Made by a program: the position numbers and the translations under genes | Shown: in pieces, positions 9,891 through 21,291 of the stretch | Position numbering within the stretch: the stretch's first letter is position 1 | Layout: every line of letters begins with the position of its first letter | NCBI GenBank assembly: GCA_963931085.1 | Contig: OZ006973.1 | Span: 670,812 to 734,811, forward strand | Direction: 5' to 3' | From: an uncultured Clostridia bacterium | GTDB lineage: Bacteria > Bacillota > Clostridia > TANB77 > CAG-508 | DNA: 64,000 nt | The notes under the pieces: model-generated | The model's input: the letters and a program-made list of their open reading frames with translations, nothing else | Told to the model about the DNA's origin: nothing | Databases searched by the model: none

Positions 9891-10442
9891 ATGGATGATA
9901 AAAAAAGATGTAAATGGTGTAATTTAAAAAATAAGTTATACGTTAAATACCATAATGAGGAATGGTGCAAAGAAAATTTTGATGATAAATATTTATATGA
10001 AATGTTAATATTAGAATCTTTTCAAGCTGGACTTTCATGGGAATGTGTATTAAATAAAAGAGAAGATTTTAGAAAAGCATATGATAATTTTGATATAGAT
10101 AAAGTTATATCTTATGATGATAAAAAAATTAATGAATTATTATTAAATGAAAAGATTATAAGAAATAAGTTAAAGATAAAAGCAAGTATTAATAATTCTA
10201 AAATATTTAAAGATATTCAAAAAGAATATGGTTCTTTTTATAATTATCTAAAAACATTTACAAAAGGAAAAAAAGTCTATGAGATAAATAAAACAACATC
10301 AGAGTTATCAGATAATTTATCAAAAGATCTTAATAAAAGAGGTATGAAATTTGTAGGATCTACGATTATCTATTCATATCTGCAAGCTATTGGTGTTATT
10401 AATTCGCATGATAAAGATTGTTTTTTATATGAAAAGATATAA
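9891..10442 (+). CDS. tag: DNA-3-methyladenine glycosylase I
   Basis: Tag family; CxW...H...C zinc-binding residues and a size of about 183 aa. Confidence 0.8.
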   Translation: MDDKKRCKWCNLKNKLYVKYHNEEWCKENFDDKYLYEMLILESFQAGLSWECVLNKREDFRKAYDNFDIDKVISYDDKKINELLLNEKIIRNKLKIKASINNSKIFKDIQKEYGSFYNYLKTFTKGKKVYEINKTTSELSDNLSKDLNKRGMKFVGSTIIYSYLQAIGVINSHDKDCFLYEKI

Positions 10443-10490
10443 TATAAATATAAAATTGTATTAATAAAGTTTAGAAATTTAGGTGATTAT

Positions 10491-11366
10491 ATGGTTGATA
10501 TGCATATTCATTCAGTTTATTCTGATGGAGATAAAAGTGTAGAAGAAATATTAAAAATGTGTGAAGAGAAAAAATTAGAATACATTTCTTTAACAGATCA
10601 TAATACATGCAAACAATATGATGATTTAACATTTAGTTCTAGTGAAAAAATATTTAGTGGAAAAATTATAAAAGGTGTAGAATTAAATACAGTGTTTGAT
10701 GGAAGAAATATTGAAATTCTAGGATATAATATAAATCCAGATATAATAAATAAATGGCGCCTTAAATATTATAAGGAAGATGTGTTAAATAAACAGCAAA
10801 AAATATTTGGAAAAATGTTATTAGAGAAATGTGATAAAAAAGGTTTAATATATGATAAAAATATATTATACAAAGATATTCCAGTTACAGATTTTATTGA
10901 AATACATATATATGAAGAATTAATTAAGCATAAAGAAAATTTAAGTATATTAGGAGAGCTTGCAGAATCTGGAGGAATATTTTATAGAAAAGGATTAGCA
11001 AATCCTGAAAGTGATTTTTATATAGATAGAAATTCCGTAAGACCTAAATATGAAGAAGTAATAGATATAATCCATTCTTCAGGAGGAAAAGCTTTTTTAG
11101 CTCATCCTTTTGAATATAGAATTAAAAATTTAGAAGAATTTATGGACAAGATGGTTAAAGACTCTAAAATAGATGGTATAGAATGTTTCCATCCATCAGC
11201 AGAAGAAGATGGGAAAATAGATTATTTAATAGATTATGCTAGAAAAAATAATTTATTTATAAGTGGTGGAAGTGATTTTCATGGAAAGAGAAAATTAAAT
11301 ATTGAAATTGGAAGCGGAAAAGGTAGTTTAAATATCCCAAAAGAATTTATAGAAGAATGGATATAA
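10491..11366 (+). CDS. PHP-domain (polymerase/histidinol phosphatase-like) metal-dependent phosphoesterase
   Basis: MHIHSVYSDG N-terminal PHP signature. Confidence 0.75.
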   Translation: MVDMHIHSVYSDGDKSVEEILKMCEEKKLEYISLTDHNTCKQYDDLTFSSSEKIFSGKIIKGVELNTVFDGRNIEILGYNINPDIINKWRLKYYKEDVLNKQQKIFGKMLLEKCDKKGLIYDKNILYKDIPVTDFIEIHIYEELIKHKENLSILGELAESGGIFYRKGLANPESDFYIDRNSVRPKYEEVIDIIHSSGGKAFLAHPFEYRIKNLEEFMDKMVKDSKIDGIECFHPSAEEDGKIDYLIDYARKNNLFISGGSDFHGKRKLNIEIGSGKGSLNIPKEFIEEWI

Positions 11367-11439
11367 ATAAAGTAAAAATCATTGATTTTTATTTATGCAG
11401 ATGTTAAAATTATATAAATTAAATTTAGTTATGTTTTAA

Positions 11440-11660
11440 AAAGAAATAAAGTAGAGTTTTATAGTATACTTATAGAGAGATAATGTATGGTGGAAATTAT
11501 CAGTATATAAAATTTCGAATTACAATTCTTATTAGTAACTAACGTGTAGCTACGAACAGGCAGATAATGAGACAATACAAAAACTTGTATTGTAAATAAA
11601 GGTGGTACCACGAAGCTGATTCGTCCTTTAAGGATGAACCAGCTTTTTTGATTTTGGAGG
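11440..11660 (+). promoter_or_regulatory. T-box leader riboswitch (tyrosine specifier) controlling tyrS
   Basis: Conserved T-box AAAGGTGGTACCACG at about 11588-11605, followed by a terminator/antiterminator hairpin (AGCTGATTCGTCCTT/AAGGATGAACCAGCT plus T6). A GCUACG specifier region contains UAC. Confidence 0.7.
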
Positions 11661-11782
11661 TGATGTTTTTGACCCAGTCGTTTAGAATGAAAATAATTAT
11701 CGATGGGTTCTTCTACAAAAATTCATATAAATGTATTAAAAATGGAAAAGTAAAAAAGTAAAATAGAAATGGAGAGATTTAT

Positions 11783-12964
11783 ATGAATAGAGAAGATAAT
11801 TTAGATTTATTAGAGATAATTAAGAGAAAAGCAGTTCAGATTTTTTCAGAAGAAGATTTAGAAAGAAAAATAAGAAGTGGAAAGAAATTAACAATAAAAC
11901 TTGGAGCAGATCCGTCAAGACCAGATCTTCATATAGGACATAGTGTTGTTTTAAGAGTATTAAAACAATTTCAAGATATGGGACATGAAGTCGTTTTTGT
12001 TGTAGGAGATTTTACAGGAATGATAGGAGATCCATCAGGAAAAAGTAAAACAAGACCAGCACTTTCTTTTGAAGAAACAAGAAAATCAGCAGAAACTTAC
12101 TTAGAGCAAGCTACTAAAATATTAGATAAAGATAAGACGAAAATTAGATTTAATTCAGAATGGCTTTCAAAAATGAATTTTAATGATGTAATTAATCTAA
12201 CTAGTAAATATACAGTAGCAAGGATAATGGAAAGAGATGATTTTAAGAATAGATTTGAAAACAATCTTCCACTCTCAATGCATGAGCTATTATATCCACT
12301 TATGCAAGGATATGATTCTGTAGCTTTAAATGCAGATATTGAAATAGGAGGTACTGATCAAACATTTAATCTTTTAGTAGGAAGAGAGCTTCAAAAAGAT
12401 TATGGACAGGAACAACAAGTAGTAATGACATTTCCATTACTTGTTGGACTAGATGGAAAAGAAAAAATGAGTAAATCTTTAGATAATTACATAGGCCTTA
12501 CTGATTCTCCATTTGTTAAATTTGAAAAAAGTATGAAAATACCAGATGAAGTTTTAAGACAATATTTTGAACTTGCAACAGATTTAAAAAATTCAGAAAT
12601 AGATGAAATAATGTCAAAAGATATAAGAGATGCTCATATGAGATTTGCAAAAGAACTAATCAAAATGTATAACAATGAAAATGACTATGAAATAGCAAAA
12701 GAAAAATATATGAGTATAGCAAAAGGTGAGATTCCAGATAATATAGAAGAAATAAAGATAGAAGAAAATGAAATTAATATATGTGATTTATTAGTAAAAA
12801 TAGGATTTGCCTTATCTAAAAGTGAAGCTAAAAGAAATATTTTGGGAAACGGTATAAAAATAAATGGAAAACAAGTAAATAATACAAATGAAATAATTAG
12901 ATTAGATAAAGATTTAGTTGTTCAGTTCGGAAAAAATAGATTTAAAAAAGTTAGCAGCAAATAA
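11783..12964 (+). CDS. tyrS: tyrosine--tRNA ligase (type 2, with C-terminal S4 domain)
   Basis: HIGH motif variant (PDLHIGH), a KMSKS motif and a C-terminal S4-like domain. Confidence 0.9.
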   Translation: MNREDNLDLLEIIKRKAVQIFSEEDLERKIRSGKKLTIKLGADPSRPDLHIGHSVVLRVLKQFQDMGHEVVFVVGDFTGMIGDPSGKSKTRPALSFEETRKSAETYLEQATKILDKDKTKIRFNSEWLSKMNFNDVINLTSKYTVARIMERDDFKNRFENNLPLSMHELLYPLMQGYDSVALNADIEIGGTDQTFNLLVGRELQKDYGQEQQVVMTFPLLVGLDGKEKMSKSLDNYIGLTDSPFVKFEKSMKIPDEVLRQYFELATDLKNSEIDEIMSKDIRDAHMRFAKELIKMYNNENDYEIAKEKYMSIAKGEIPDNIEEIKIEENEINICDLLVKIGFALSKSEAKRNILGNGIKINGKQVNNTNEIIRLDKDLVVQFGKNRFKKVSSK

Positions 12965-12972
12965 TAAGAAAT

Positions 12973-13185
12973 ATGGAGAAAAGTATGGATAAGAAAAAGC
13001 TAAGAAAATTAAATTTATGGTTATATGGATTTGCTATTATAATAAGCTCTATTGCACTTTATACTTTTATATTTGTTTTTGACAACGGTATTTATTGGAA
13101 AATATTTTTGATTATTGTTGGTATTTGTTGGCTTTTATCAGCAATTTCTGGATTTATAAAAAACTTAGAAAACAAAGATGAATAA
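12973..13185 (+). CDS. small membrane protein (70 aa, two TM helices)
   Basis: ORF tightly following tyrS; hydrophobic. Confidence 0.4.
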   Translation: MEKSMDKKKLRKLNLWLYGFAIIISSIALYTFIFVFDNGIYWKIFLIIVGICWLLSAISGFIKNLENKDE

Positions 13186-13218
13186 ATAACAATTTTGTAG
13201 TAATGGAGATATAATTTT

Positions 13219-13419
13219 ATGGGATATATAAAAGATATTAGAAAATATGTTGGACATGCGCCATTAATGTGCTGTGCAGTAGGAGCGATAATTATTAATA
13301 AAAAAAATCAAATTTTATTACAGAAAGTAGAGATTTATATAATAGATCTCTATTTTTTTTGTAACCTTTTTTTAAAAAGTGTTACTATATTAGTAGAAAA
13401 TGATAAGGAGAAAATCTAA
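13219..13419 (+). pseudogene. truncated remnant of a NUDIX hydrolase gene (N-terminal about 35 aa only)
   Basis: MGYIKDIRKYVGHAPLM..AVGAIIINKKNQILL resembles a Nudix N-terminus. Similarity then ends and a terminator hairpin (AGAGATTTATATAATAGATCTCT plus T8) follows. Confidence 0.35.
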
Positions 13420-13972
13420 AGTGGAAACAAATAAATTATGTGATTATATGGAAAATGAAACATTAGATATAGATATGTTAATTGATGATTACTATAGTTA
13501 TATCTATATTGTTGTAAAAAATGGAATAAGTATAAATATTTCACAAGAAGATATGGAAGAAATTATATCAGATACTTTTGTTGCTTTTTGGAAAAACAGC
13601 AAATATTTAAGAAAAGATTTATTAGTAAAACCTTATTTAAAAGGAGTTGCTAAAAATTTAATTAAAAATAAATATAGAGATAGTAACTTAAATGTATCTA
13701 TAGAGAATTATGAAAATACTTTAGTAGGAGATTTTGACATAGATGATATTTTAGAAAGTAATGAGAAAAATGAGCTTATAATAGATACTTTAAAAACATT
13801 AAATAAAAATGAATACAGTATATTTATGATGTATTACTACGAAGGGAAAAATATAAAAGAAATATCTAAAGAATTAAATTTATCAGTAAGCAATGTAAAA
13901 ACAATATTACATAGAGTTAGAAAAAAGATTAAGAGAAATTTAGAAGAAGGAGGTTATAGCTATGGAAAATAA
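13400..13972 (+). CDS. ECF-type RNA polymerase sigma-70 factor
   Basis: Region 2 (FVAFWKN) and a region 4 HTH (KEISKELNLSVSNVKTILHRVRKKI). Confidence 0.85.
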   Translation: MIRRKSKVETNKLCDYMENETLDIDMLIDDYYSYIYIVVKNGISINISQEDMEEIISDTFVAFWKNSKYLRKDLLVKPYLKGVAKNLIKNKYRDSNLNVSIENYENTLVGDFDIDDILESNEKNELIIDTLKTLNKNEYSIFMMYYYEGKNIKEISKELNLSVSNVKTILHRVRKKIKRNLEEGGYSYGK

Positions 13973-15329
13973 TTTTTTAAATAATGATATAAAAATATCA
14001 AAAGAAAACATAAAAAATAAAGTAAAAGAAAAAATAGCTGCAACTGCCTATGAAGAAGAAATGAGTGGAAAGTTAAATAAAAAAGTAAGAAAAAAAGTAA
14101 ATAAAAATAAAAATGAAAATAAAAATGGAAACTATAATAATCTAAAATTAAGAAAAGTTCTTACAATTGCCGCGTCTTTAATGATTGTACTGTTTTGTAG
14201 TATAGGAGTATATGCGGTAATTGGAGAAAAGATAACAGGAAAACCAGTTATAGAATGGCTAGGAATTAAATTTTCGGATGATTATAATAAATATAGAAAA
14301 GAAGTTGTAGGAGAAGAACTTTCAAATAAAGAAACTAGTATTAATTTAACAGGTACTGTATGTGATGAAGGTTTTACTATATTAGAGTTTGATGTAACAA
14401 TAAGTGATGAAGATAAAGAAAAATTAAAGCTAGGAGAGAAGATTCTTACTGATGAATATATGAATGCTATGCCAGAAGAGTTAGGAATATCAGAAGAAGA
14501 TAAACAAGATGTAATAAAAGAATATGGAGATAAAACAATAGATTCTATATATTTATCATTTAATAACAAACTTATAGAAGATGAGACAGGAACATATTTG
14601 GAAGGATTAAATAATTTTAAAATTATTATAGATGGAAAAGAATATTGGATTAGACCACGTTCTGCTCAGACAGCTACTAAGATATCAGATAACAAATATA
14701 AAGTATATCAATTATACTTTTTAACAGATAAAGAACTTGGAAATAAAAAAGAATTTAATATAACATTAAAAGATGTCGTGTTAGAAGCGGAAAATACACA
14801 ATATGGTTCTGAAGAAGTTTTAATTCCTATTGAAGGAGAGTTTAATGTATCTGTTTCTAAAGAACAGACTTTAAAAGATACAAATATTTTTTCTCCTGAG
14901 ATAAAAGATATAAAACATGGTGATTTAACAGGAAAGATAGACAAAGTGATAGATACGCCACTTCAAACAATAATTAAGATTTCTTATAATTATAAAGATG
15001 TTAGTTTAAATAAATTATCTCAATCATGGAATAAAGATTTTATTGACATTTTAGAATATAATGCGTATGATGAAAATGGAGAAAGTTTAGGAATACTTTC
15101 TTATGAAACAGAAAGAAAAATAACATATGCAAATGGAAAAGAAGAAGAGTGGGCAGTAGGAGACATCGGAACTTTTATCAATTTTACAAATGCAAAAATG
15201 GATATAACAGAATATTTGATTATTGAAAAGGAACAAAATAATTCAAAAATCAAAGTTGAAATAAAAGAACAATCAGATAAAAAGCCTTTTGATAATTTTG
15301 AGATTGATTTAAAAAGTGAAGAAGAATAA
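13962..15329 (+). CDS. putative anti-sigma factor (single TM, large extracytoplasmic domain)
   Basis: Overlaps the sigma factor stop. One TM segment (LTIAASLMIVLFCSIGVYAVIG). Confidence 0.55.
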   Translation: MENNFLNNDIKISKENIKNKVKEKIAATAYEEEMSGKLNKKVRKKVNKNKNENKNGNYNNLKLRKVLTIAASLMIVLFCSIGVYAVIGEKITGKPVIEWLGIKFSDDYNKYRKEVVGEELSNKETSINLTGTVCDEGFTILEFDVTISDEDKEKLKLGEKILTDEYMNAMPEELGISEEDKQDVIKEYGDKTIDSIYLSFNNKLIEDETGTYLEGLNNFKIIIDGKEYWIRPRSAQTATKISDNKYKVYQLYFLTDKELGNKKEFNITLKDVVLEAENTQYGSEEVLIPIEGEFNVSVSKEQTLKDTNIFSPEIKDIKHGDLTGKIDKVIDTPLQTIIKISYNYKDVSLNKLSQSWNKDFIDILEYNAYDENGESLGILSYETERKITYANGKEEEWAVGDIGTFINFTNAKMDITEYLIIEKEQNNSKIKVEIKEQSDKKPFDNFEIDLKSEEE

Positions 15330-15408
15330 AACTACTAAATTAAATATTATAATATTAAATATTTAAATAATAAAATGTTGTAAAATTTTAAGAAAGAAGG
15401 TAATAGAT

Positions 15409-16110
15409 ATGAAAAAATTTGGTTTATTTATCTTACTTATTTTAGCGATAGCAATTTGTGCAGGAGGTGTTTATTTAATAAGATATTATAATTTTATGCC
15501 ACAAGATGAAACAGCAAATACAACTCAAAAATCAAATGAAACTATAGAAAATGAAGTAACAAATAATTTAGAAAATAGCGTAAATAATACAAATACTATG
15601 GATACTTCTGTAACATCTGAAAATGAGAGATTTAGCATTCAAAAAGTAAGTAATTCTGATTATAGTAAATATTATAAATTAGAAGAAGAAATGTCTATTA
15701 TAGAAGAAAGTTATTTTAAAGTAGAAAAGAAAGATGATAGCATTACTATAACATTAGTTGAATCAGAGCAAAATGATGCATTAATTACAGATGATGTATT
15801 AAAATATGACACAGAATATAAAGTAGAAAATATAGTAGCAGAAGATATAGATAAAATATTTGTTGGTGGAGAAGGTCAAGATTTAGTTTATCCAAATATA
15901 TATTTACTTGCAAAAGACGGCTCAGTAAAAGGAATTGATGTAAAAGAGGGATATGAAAAAGGTACTTTTACAGCATATGATATTTCAGGACTTAAAAATG
16001 TAGAGTCTATTGATCAAGTTTCAGTAGCAAAACCTAATGATAGTGGATATGAAGCAATAGTTGCATCTACTAAAAATAATGAATATTATGAGTTAAGGTA
16101 TGAAGAATAG
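15409..16110 (+). CDS. membrane-anchored/secreted hypothetical protein
   Basis: N-terminal signal/TM segment; follows the sigma/anti-sigma pair. Confidence 0.5.
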   Translation: MKKFGLFILLILAIAICAGGVYLIRYYNFMPQDETANTTQKSNETIENEVTNNLENSVNNTNTMDTSVTSENERFSIQKVSNSDYSKYYKLEEEMSIIEESYFKVEKKDDSITITLVESEQNDALITDDVLKYDTEYKVENIVAEDIDKIFVGGEGQDLVYPNIYLLAKDGSVKGIDVKEGYEKGTFTAYDISGLKNVESIDQVSVAKPNDSGYEAIVASTKNNEYYELRYEE

Positions 16111-16175
16111 AAAAATATTTTAAATATAAATTTATAAAGTTTTAAAAACAAAAATAAAATAAAGATGAAGTAATT

Positions 16176-16715
16176 TTATGCTTCATCTTTATTTTTAGTC
16201 ATTATTTCTAATAATTCTTCAGGAGATTCTTTCATTCCACGAGAAAACCATTCATTAATAATTCCAAAAAGTCCATATCCAATAAATGCTTTTGCATATG
16301 CTTCAATATTATTTATTGATTTATCCATCTCCATAGCATGTAAAATCGTTTCTAAAACAATTCCTGATAGATTTTCTCTATATAAAATTAAATAAAAATC
16401 TTTATGCTTTTTATAATGACCAATTAATGATGGTATTAATATTTCAGGTTTTGATTCTTTTTCATTTTTATTATCATTTTCAAATGATTTTCCCCATTTT
16501 TTGATTAGTTTTTTATCATATCTTTTTAATATATCTTCTTTTGTATTAAAATTTCTATAAAAAGAAGCTCTACCAATATGTGCTTCGTTACATAAATTAC
16601 TTATAGAAATATCATCTAATTTATTTTTCTTTAATAATTCTAACAAAGTTGTAGTTAATTTGTTTATAACATATGAATCTTTATTATCTGATACACTTTC
16701 TTTATTTTGTATCAT
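16176..16715 (-). CDS. TetR/AcrR family transcriptional regulator
   Basis: N-terminal HTH (ISISNLCNEAHIGRASFYRNF). Divergent to the ABC transporter. Confidence 0.85.
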   Translation of the reverse strand: MIQNKESVSDNKDSYVINKLTTTLLELLKKNKLDDISISNLCNEAHIGRASFYRNFNTKEDILKRYDKKLIKKWGKSFENDNKNEKESKPEILIPSLIGHYKKHKDFYLILYRENLSGIVLETILHAMEMDKSINNIEAYAKAFIGYGLFGIINEWFSRGMKESPEELLEIMTKNKDEA

Positions 16716-16799
16716 TTTATATCACCTCATTGATTTAATAAATTAAAGATGATACAATTGTATCATCTTTAAAATGAAAAAGAAAGGGAAAGAAGAAAA

Positions 16800-19247
16800 A
16801 TGTTAGAACTAAAAAATATTTCTAAGAGTTACAAAGTAGGTGACTCAAAGTGGCAAGTACTTAAAGATATTAGTATTAAATTCAGAAAAAACGAATTTGC
16901 ATCAATACTTGGAGCTTCTGGTAGTGGAAAAACAACATTACTAAATATTATAGGAGGACTTGATAAATACGATGATGGAGATTTAGTAATTGAAGGAACA
17001 TCTACTAAGAAATATAAAGATAAAGACTGGGATACTTATAGAAATTATCGTGTTGGATTTATTTTTCAAAGTTATAATCTAATTTCTCATCAAAGTGTAT
17101 TATCTAATGTAGAAATAGCGCTTACTTTATCTGGTGTATCTAAAAGAGAAAGAAGAAAAAGAGCAAAAGAAGCTTTAGAAAAAGTTGGATTAAAAGAACA
17201 TATAAATAAAAAGCCAAATCAATTATCTGGTGGACAAATGCAAAGAGTTGCTATAGCAAGAGCAATAGTAAATGATCCGGAGATAATTCTAGCTGATGAA
17301 CCAACAGGAGCATTAGATTCAAAAACTAGTGTTCAAATAATGGAATTATTAAAAGAGATTTCAAAAGACAAATTAGTAATAATGGTTACACATAATCCAG
17401 AGCTTGCTAAAGTTTATTCAACAAGAATAATAGAACTTAAAGATGGTGAAATATTAGAAGACAATAATCCTTATGATGGATCAGGAGAAGAAGCAGTTTT
17501 AGATAAAGGAAAAAAGAAAAGAAAAACATCAATGTCACTTTTTACATCACTAGGACTTTCATTTAATAATTTACTTACTAAAAAAGGTAGAACTTTTTTA
17601 ACAGCATTTGCAGGATCAATTGGTATTATTGGAATTGCATTAATACTTTCTTTATCTCATGGTGTTAATGATTATGTAGCAGATATGGAAAGAGAATCAC
17701 TTTCAAACTTTCCAATAGTACTTGAAAAAACTACATATAATTTTGAAAATTTACTAAGCCTTGCGACTGTGACAGAAGAGAAGGGAAAAGATAATGTTGT
17801 AACATCAAAAGATGATATAACAAGCCAGCTTAATTTAATGACAGAAGAGTTTGTATCTGAAAATGATTTAAAATCATTTAAAAAATATATAGAAGAAAAT
17901 CAAGAAATAAACGATTATGTAACAGAAATAGAATATGGATATAATTTAGATTTACAAATATATTCTACAAAAAATGATAATTATACAAGAGTAAATCCAA
18001 ATAACTTCAATGTACTTTCTGGTAAAATAGGAGAAGAAAGTAGTGAAGAAGGAATAAACTTAAGTGTAGATACTACTGAAACACCAGTGTTTCAAGAAAT
18101 GTTAGATAATAAAGATGTACTAAATAGCAAATATGATGTAGTTTCAGGAAGACTTCCTGAAGAATATAATGAGCTAGTTTTAGTAGTTGGAAATGATAAT
18201 ATTATTCCAGATTCAGTTTTATATGCTTTAGACATTAAAGACAGAAGAGAAGTAACAGATATATTAAACAGACTAAATAGTGAAGAAGATGTAAAAATAG
18301 ATAGCACAGAATATTCATATGACGATTTATTGAATCTATCTTATAAATTAATATTAAATACAGATTATTATAAATATGAAGACGGAATGTATAGAGACTA
18401 TTCAAATGATAGTAAATATATGAAAAAAATTATTGATAATGGATTAGATATTAAAGTAGTTGGTATTTTAAGAAACAAAGAAAATAATACCGATAGTGCA
18501 GGATATATTGGATATAAGCATTCTTTGACTGAATATGTTATAAATAATATAGCAAAAACAGATATATACAAAGCACAAACAGAAAATAAAGATATAAATG
18601 TTTTGACAGGTGAAAAGTTTGATGAACTTACAAATACATATGAACAAAATTGTAAACTTTTAGGAATCGCTGATTTAGATGATCCATACACAATTAATAT
18701 TTATCCTAAAGATTTTGATAATAAAGAAAAAATAATTGCATATATTGACGAATATAATAATAAACAAGAAGATAAATCAAAAGTTGTAAATTATACAGAT
18801 TTAATAAAAACAGTTATAAGTGGTGTAACATCTATAATTAATATGGTTTCAATTTTATTAATTGGATTTGTTGCAATAAGTTTAATTGTATCTAGTATAA
18901 TGATTGCAATAATTACATATATAAGTGTATTAGAAAGAACTAAGGAAATAGGAATATTAAGAGCAATAGGTGCTAGTAAAAAAGATGTTTCAAGAGTATT
19001 TAGAGCAGAGACAATGATAGAAGGTTTAATTGCAGGATTACTTGGAATTGGTATTTCACTTGCAATATCTTCATTAATAAATGTTATTGTAAAAACTGTA
19101 GCTGGAATTGATAAAATAGCTAGCTTACCACTTTCTGGTGCAATTATATTAATTTTACTAAGTGTTTTATTAAATGTAATTGCAGGACATATTCCATCTA
19201 AGATGGCAAGTAAGAAAAATCCTGTTGAAGCTTTAAGAAGTGAATAA
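16800..19247 (+). CDS. ABC transporter with fused ATP-binding and FtsX-like permease domains (MacB-type)
   Basis: Walker A (GASGSGKTT), ABC signature ([14 protein letters not shown]), Walker B, then a large periplasmic domain and C-terminal TM helices. Confidence 0.9.
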   Translation: MLELKNISKSYKVGDSKWQVLKDISIKFRKNEFASILGASGSGKTTLLNIIGGLDKYDDGDLVIEGTSTKKYKDKDWDTYRNYRVGFIFQSYNLISHQSVLSNVEIALTLSGVSKRERRKRAKEALEKVGLKEHINKKPNQLSGGQMQRVAIARAIVNDPEIILADEPTGALDSKTSVQIMELLKEISKDKLVIMVTHNPELAKVYSTRIIELKDGEILEDNNPYDGSGEEAVLDKGKKKRKTSMSLFTSLGLSFNNLLTKKGRTFLTAFAGSIGIIGIALILSLSHGVNDYVADMERESLSNFPIVLEKTTYNFENLLSLATVTEEKGKDNVVTSKDDITSQLNLMTEEFVSENDLKSFKKYIEENQEINDYVTEIEYGYNLDLQIYSTKNDNYTRVNPNNFNVLSGKIGEESSEEGINLSVDTTETPVFQEMLDNKDVLNSKYDVVSGRLPEEYNELVLVVGNDNIIPDSVLYALDIKDRREVTDILNRLNSEEDVKIDSTEYSYDDLLNLSYKLILNTDYYKYEDGMYRDYSNDSKYMKKIIDNGLDIKVVGILRNKENNTDSAGYIGYKHSLTEYVINNIAKTDIYKAQTENKDINVLTGEKFDELTNTYEQNCKLLGIADLDDPYTINIYPKDFDNKEKIIAYIDEYNNKQEDKSKVVNYTDLIKTVISGVTSIINMVSILLIGFVAISLIVSSIMIAIITYISVLERTKEIGILRAIGASKKDVSRVFRAETMIEGLIAGLLGIGISLAISSLINVIVKTVAGIDKIASLPLSGAIILILLSVLLNVIAGHIPSKMASKKNPVEALRSE

Positions 19248-19448
19248 TAAGATTTAATAAAATATTTTAAATAAAAAAAGAATGAGTTTTAAAAATATAT
19301 ATTTAAAATTCATTCTTTTTAATTGAAATTATGTCAAAAAAGTGATATGTAATAAATAGCATGATACAAATTTTTAAGATAAAAAAATTAAAATGAAAAA
19401 TATTGAATTAAATTAAAATAAAAGTAAATTGTAAAAGGGGGCATTTTT

Positions 19449-19916
19449 ATGGATAATGTTTTAGTAGTATATTTTTCTGCAAGTGGAGTTACTAGAAAAG
19501 TTGCAGATAGGTTAGCAAGAACTATAAGAGCAGATCAATATGAAATAGAGCCAGTAAATAAATATACAGGAGTAGATTTAGATTGGCATGATAAAAGAAG
19601 TAGAACAACTATTGAAATGGAAGATAAAACAGCAAGACCAGAAATGAAAGAAAAACATATAGGACTTGAAAAATATGATACTATAATACTAGGTTTTCCT
19701 GTATGGTGGTATACAGCTCCAAGAATTATAAATACATTTATAGAAAGTAATAATTTAGAAGGTAAAAAAGTATATGTATTTGTAACAAGTGGAGGTTCTG
19801 GATCTGAAGGAAGTTTTAAAGATTTAAAAGAAACATATCCTAATATTAACTTTATAAGTAGCAGAAGATTAAGAGGAACAGAGACAGAAGATGACTATAA
19901 AGAATGGATTAAATAA
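19449..19916 (+). CDS. flavodoxin-like protein
   Basis: VVYFSASGVTRKVA flavodoxin N-terminal signature. Confidence 0.75.
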   Translation: MDNVLVVYFSASGVTRKVADRLARTIRADQYEIEPVNKYTGVDLDWHDKRSRTTIEMEDKTARPEMKEKHIGLEKYDTIILGFPVWWYTAPRIINTFIESNNLEGKKVYVFVTSGGSGSEGSFKDLKETYPNINFISSRRLRGTETEDDYKEWIK

Positions 19917-20033
19917 AATATAAATATAAAAGTATAAAATAGATAACTAAAAAAATAAAAAAGTTTAGGCAGCACAAAATTAGGTTATCTATTTTTTTAT
20001 GTTTATGATATAATCAGAAAACAAGGAGTAATT

Positions 20034-20603
20034 ATGGATTATAGAATTTTAGTTTGTGGTGGAAATGGAAGCGGAAAAAGTACAATAGGAAAAGAGCTTG
20101 CTAAAAGATTAAGTTGCAAGTTTATGGATATAGAAGATTATTATTTTAATAAAGAAAATATAGAAACAGATATAAAAAATGATAATGAATCAAATAGAGA
20201 TTATAAATACAAGAAATCTAAAACAAAAGAAGAAGTAATAAATAATCTTTTAGAAGACATGAGAAATAATAATTCATTTGTAATGTCAGCAGTAACTGCA
20301 GATTATGGAAGTAAAGTTAAGTCTTTTTTTAATCTTATAATTATGCTAGAAGTAGATACAAAAACTAGAATGAAAAGAGTATATGATAGATCTTATAAAA
20401 TGTTTGGTGATAGAGTAAAACAAGATGGAGATTTATTTGAAAGTGAAAAGCTTTTTTTCAAAAAAGCAGAAGAAAAAGATAATGAATATGTCAGAAAATG
20501 GGCTAATACATTAAATTGTGATAAATTATTTTTAGACGGAACAAAAGAAATATCTGAAAATATAGATATTATATTAAATAATCTAAAAGAAAAGGAGAAT
20601 TAA
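20034..20603 (+). CDS. P-loop NTPase (AAA/nucleoside kinase-like)
   Basis: GGNGSGKST P-loop. Confidence 0.55.
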   Translation: MDYRILVCGGNGSGKSTIGKELAKRLSCKFMDIEDYYFNKENIETDIKNDNESNRDYKYKKSKTKEEVINNLLEDMRNNNSFVMSAVTADYGSKVKSFFNLIIMLEVDTKTRMKRVYDRSYKMFGDRVKQDGDLFESEKLFFKKAEEKDNEYVRKWANTLNCDKLFLDGTKEISENIDIILNNLKEKEN

Positions 20604-20604
20604 T

Positions 20605-21072
20605 ATGTCACTAGAAAAAGCAAAAGAACATTTAAAAAAATATGGGTTAGAAGATAGAGTAAAAGAATATAGTATATCTTCTGCAACAGTAAAAGAAGCT
20701 GCTATAGCAGTAGGTTGCAAAGAAGAAGAGATTGCAAAAACTTTATCTTTTATTGTAGACGATAAACCAATCTTAATAGTAACATCAGGAGATCAAAAGA
20801 TAGATAATCCAAAGTATAAAGCAGAATTTCATACTAAAGCCAAAATGATTCCTTTTGATGATGTTGAAAAGCTAACAGGTCATATGGTTGGCGGAGTATG
20901 TCCTTTTGGAGTTAATGATAGTGTAGATGTATATTTAGATGTATCACTTAAAAGATTTGATATAGTTTATCCTGCATGTGGAACTCCCAATAGTGCAGCT
21001 AAGCTAAATATAGAAGAATTAGAAAAAGCTTCTAATTTTAAAAAATGGATAGATGTATGTAAAAATATATAA
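20605..21072 (+). CDS. ybaK: YbaK/EbsC-type aminoacyl-tRNA deacylase
   Basis: Family size and the GGVCPFG motif. Confidence 0.75.
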   Translation: MSLEKAKEHLKKYGLEDRVKEYSISSATVKEAAIAVGCKEEEIAKTLSFIVDDKPILIVTSGDQKIDNPKYKAEFHTKAKMIPFDDVEKLTGHMVGGVCPFGVNDSVDVYLDVSLKRFDIVYPACGTPNSAAKLNIEELEKASNFKKWIDVCKNI

Positions 21073-21291
21073 AATTAGAAAACATGATATAGAAAAGTAT
21101 AATGGTTTTATAATGAAAGTTTATGAAGAATAATATGTAGAATAATGAAGATGAATAATTATTGATTTAAAATTTAAAGTATGTTATATTTTAAAAAGCT
21201 TAAGCGAAAATTAATCTTGTAGAAAACAAAAGAGAGGGACTAGGATTTATTCTAGTCCTTTTTTGCGTTTAAAAGATAAAGGAGATGTAAT

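Noticed and set aside
14282-14944. Antisense ORFs within the anti-sigma factor gene
   Set aside because: Serine-rich antisense translations of an AT-rich sense gene, not credible.
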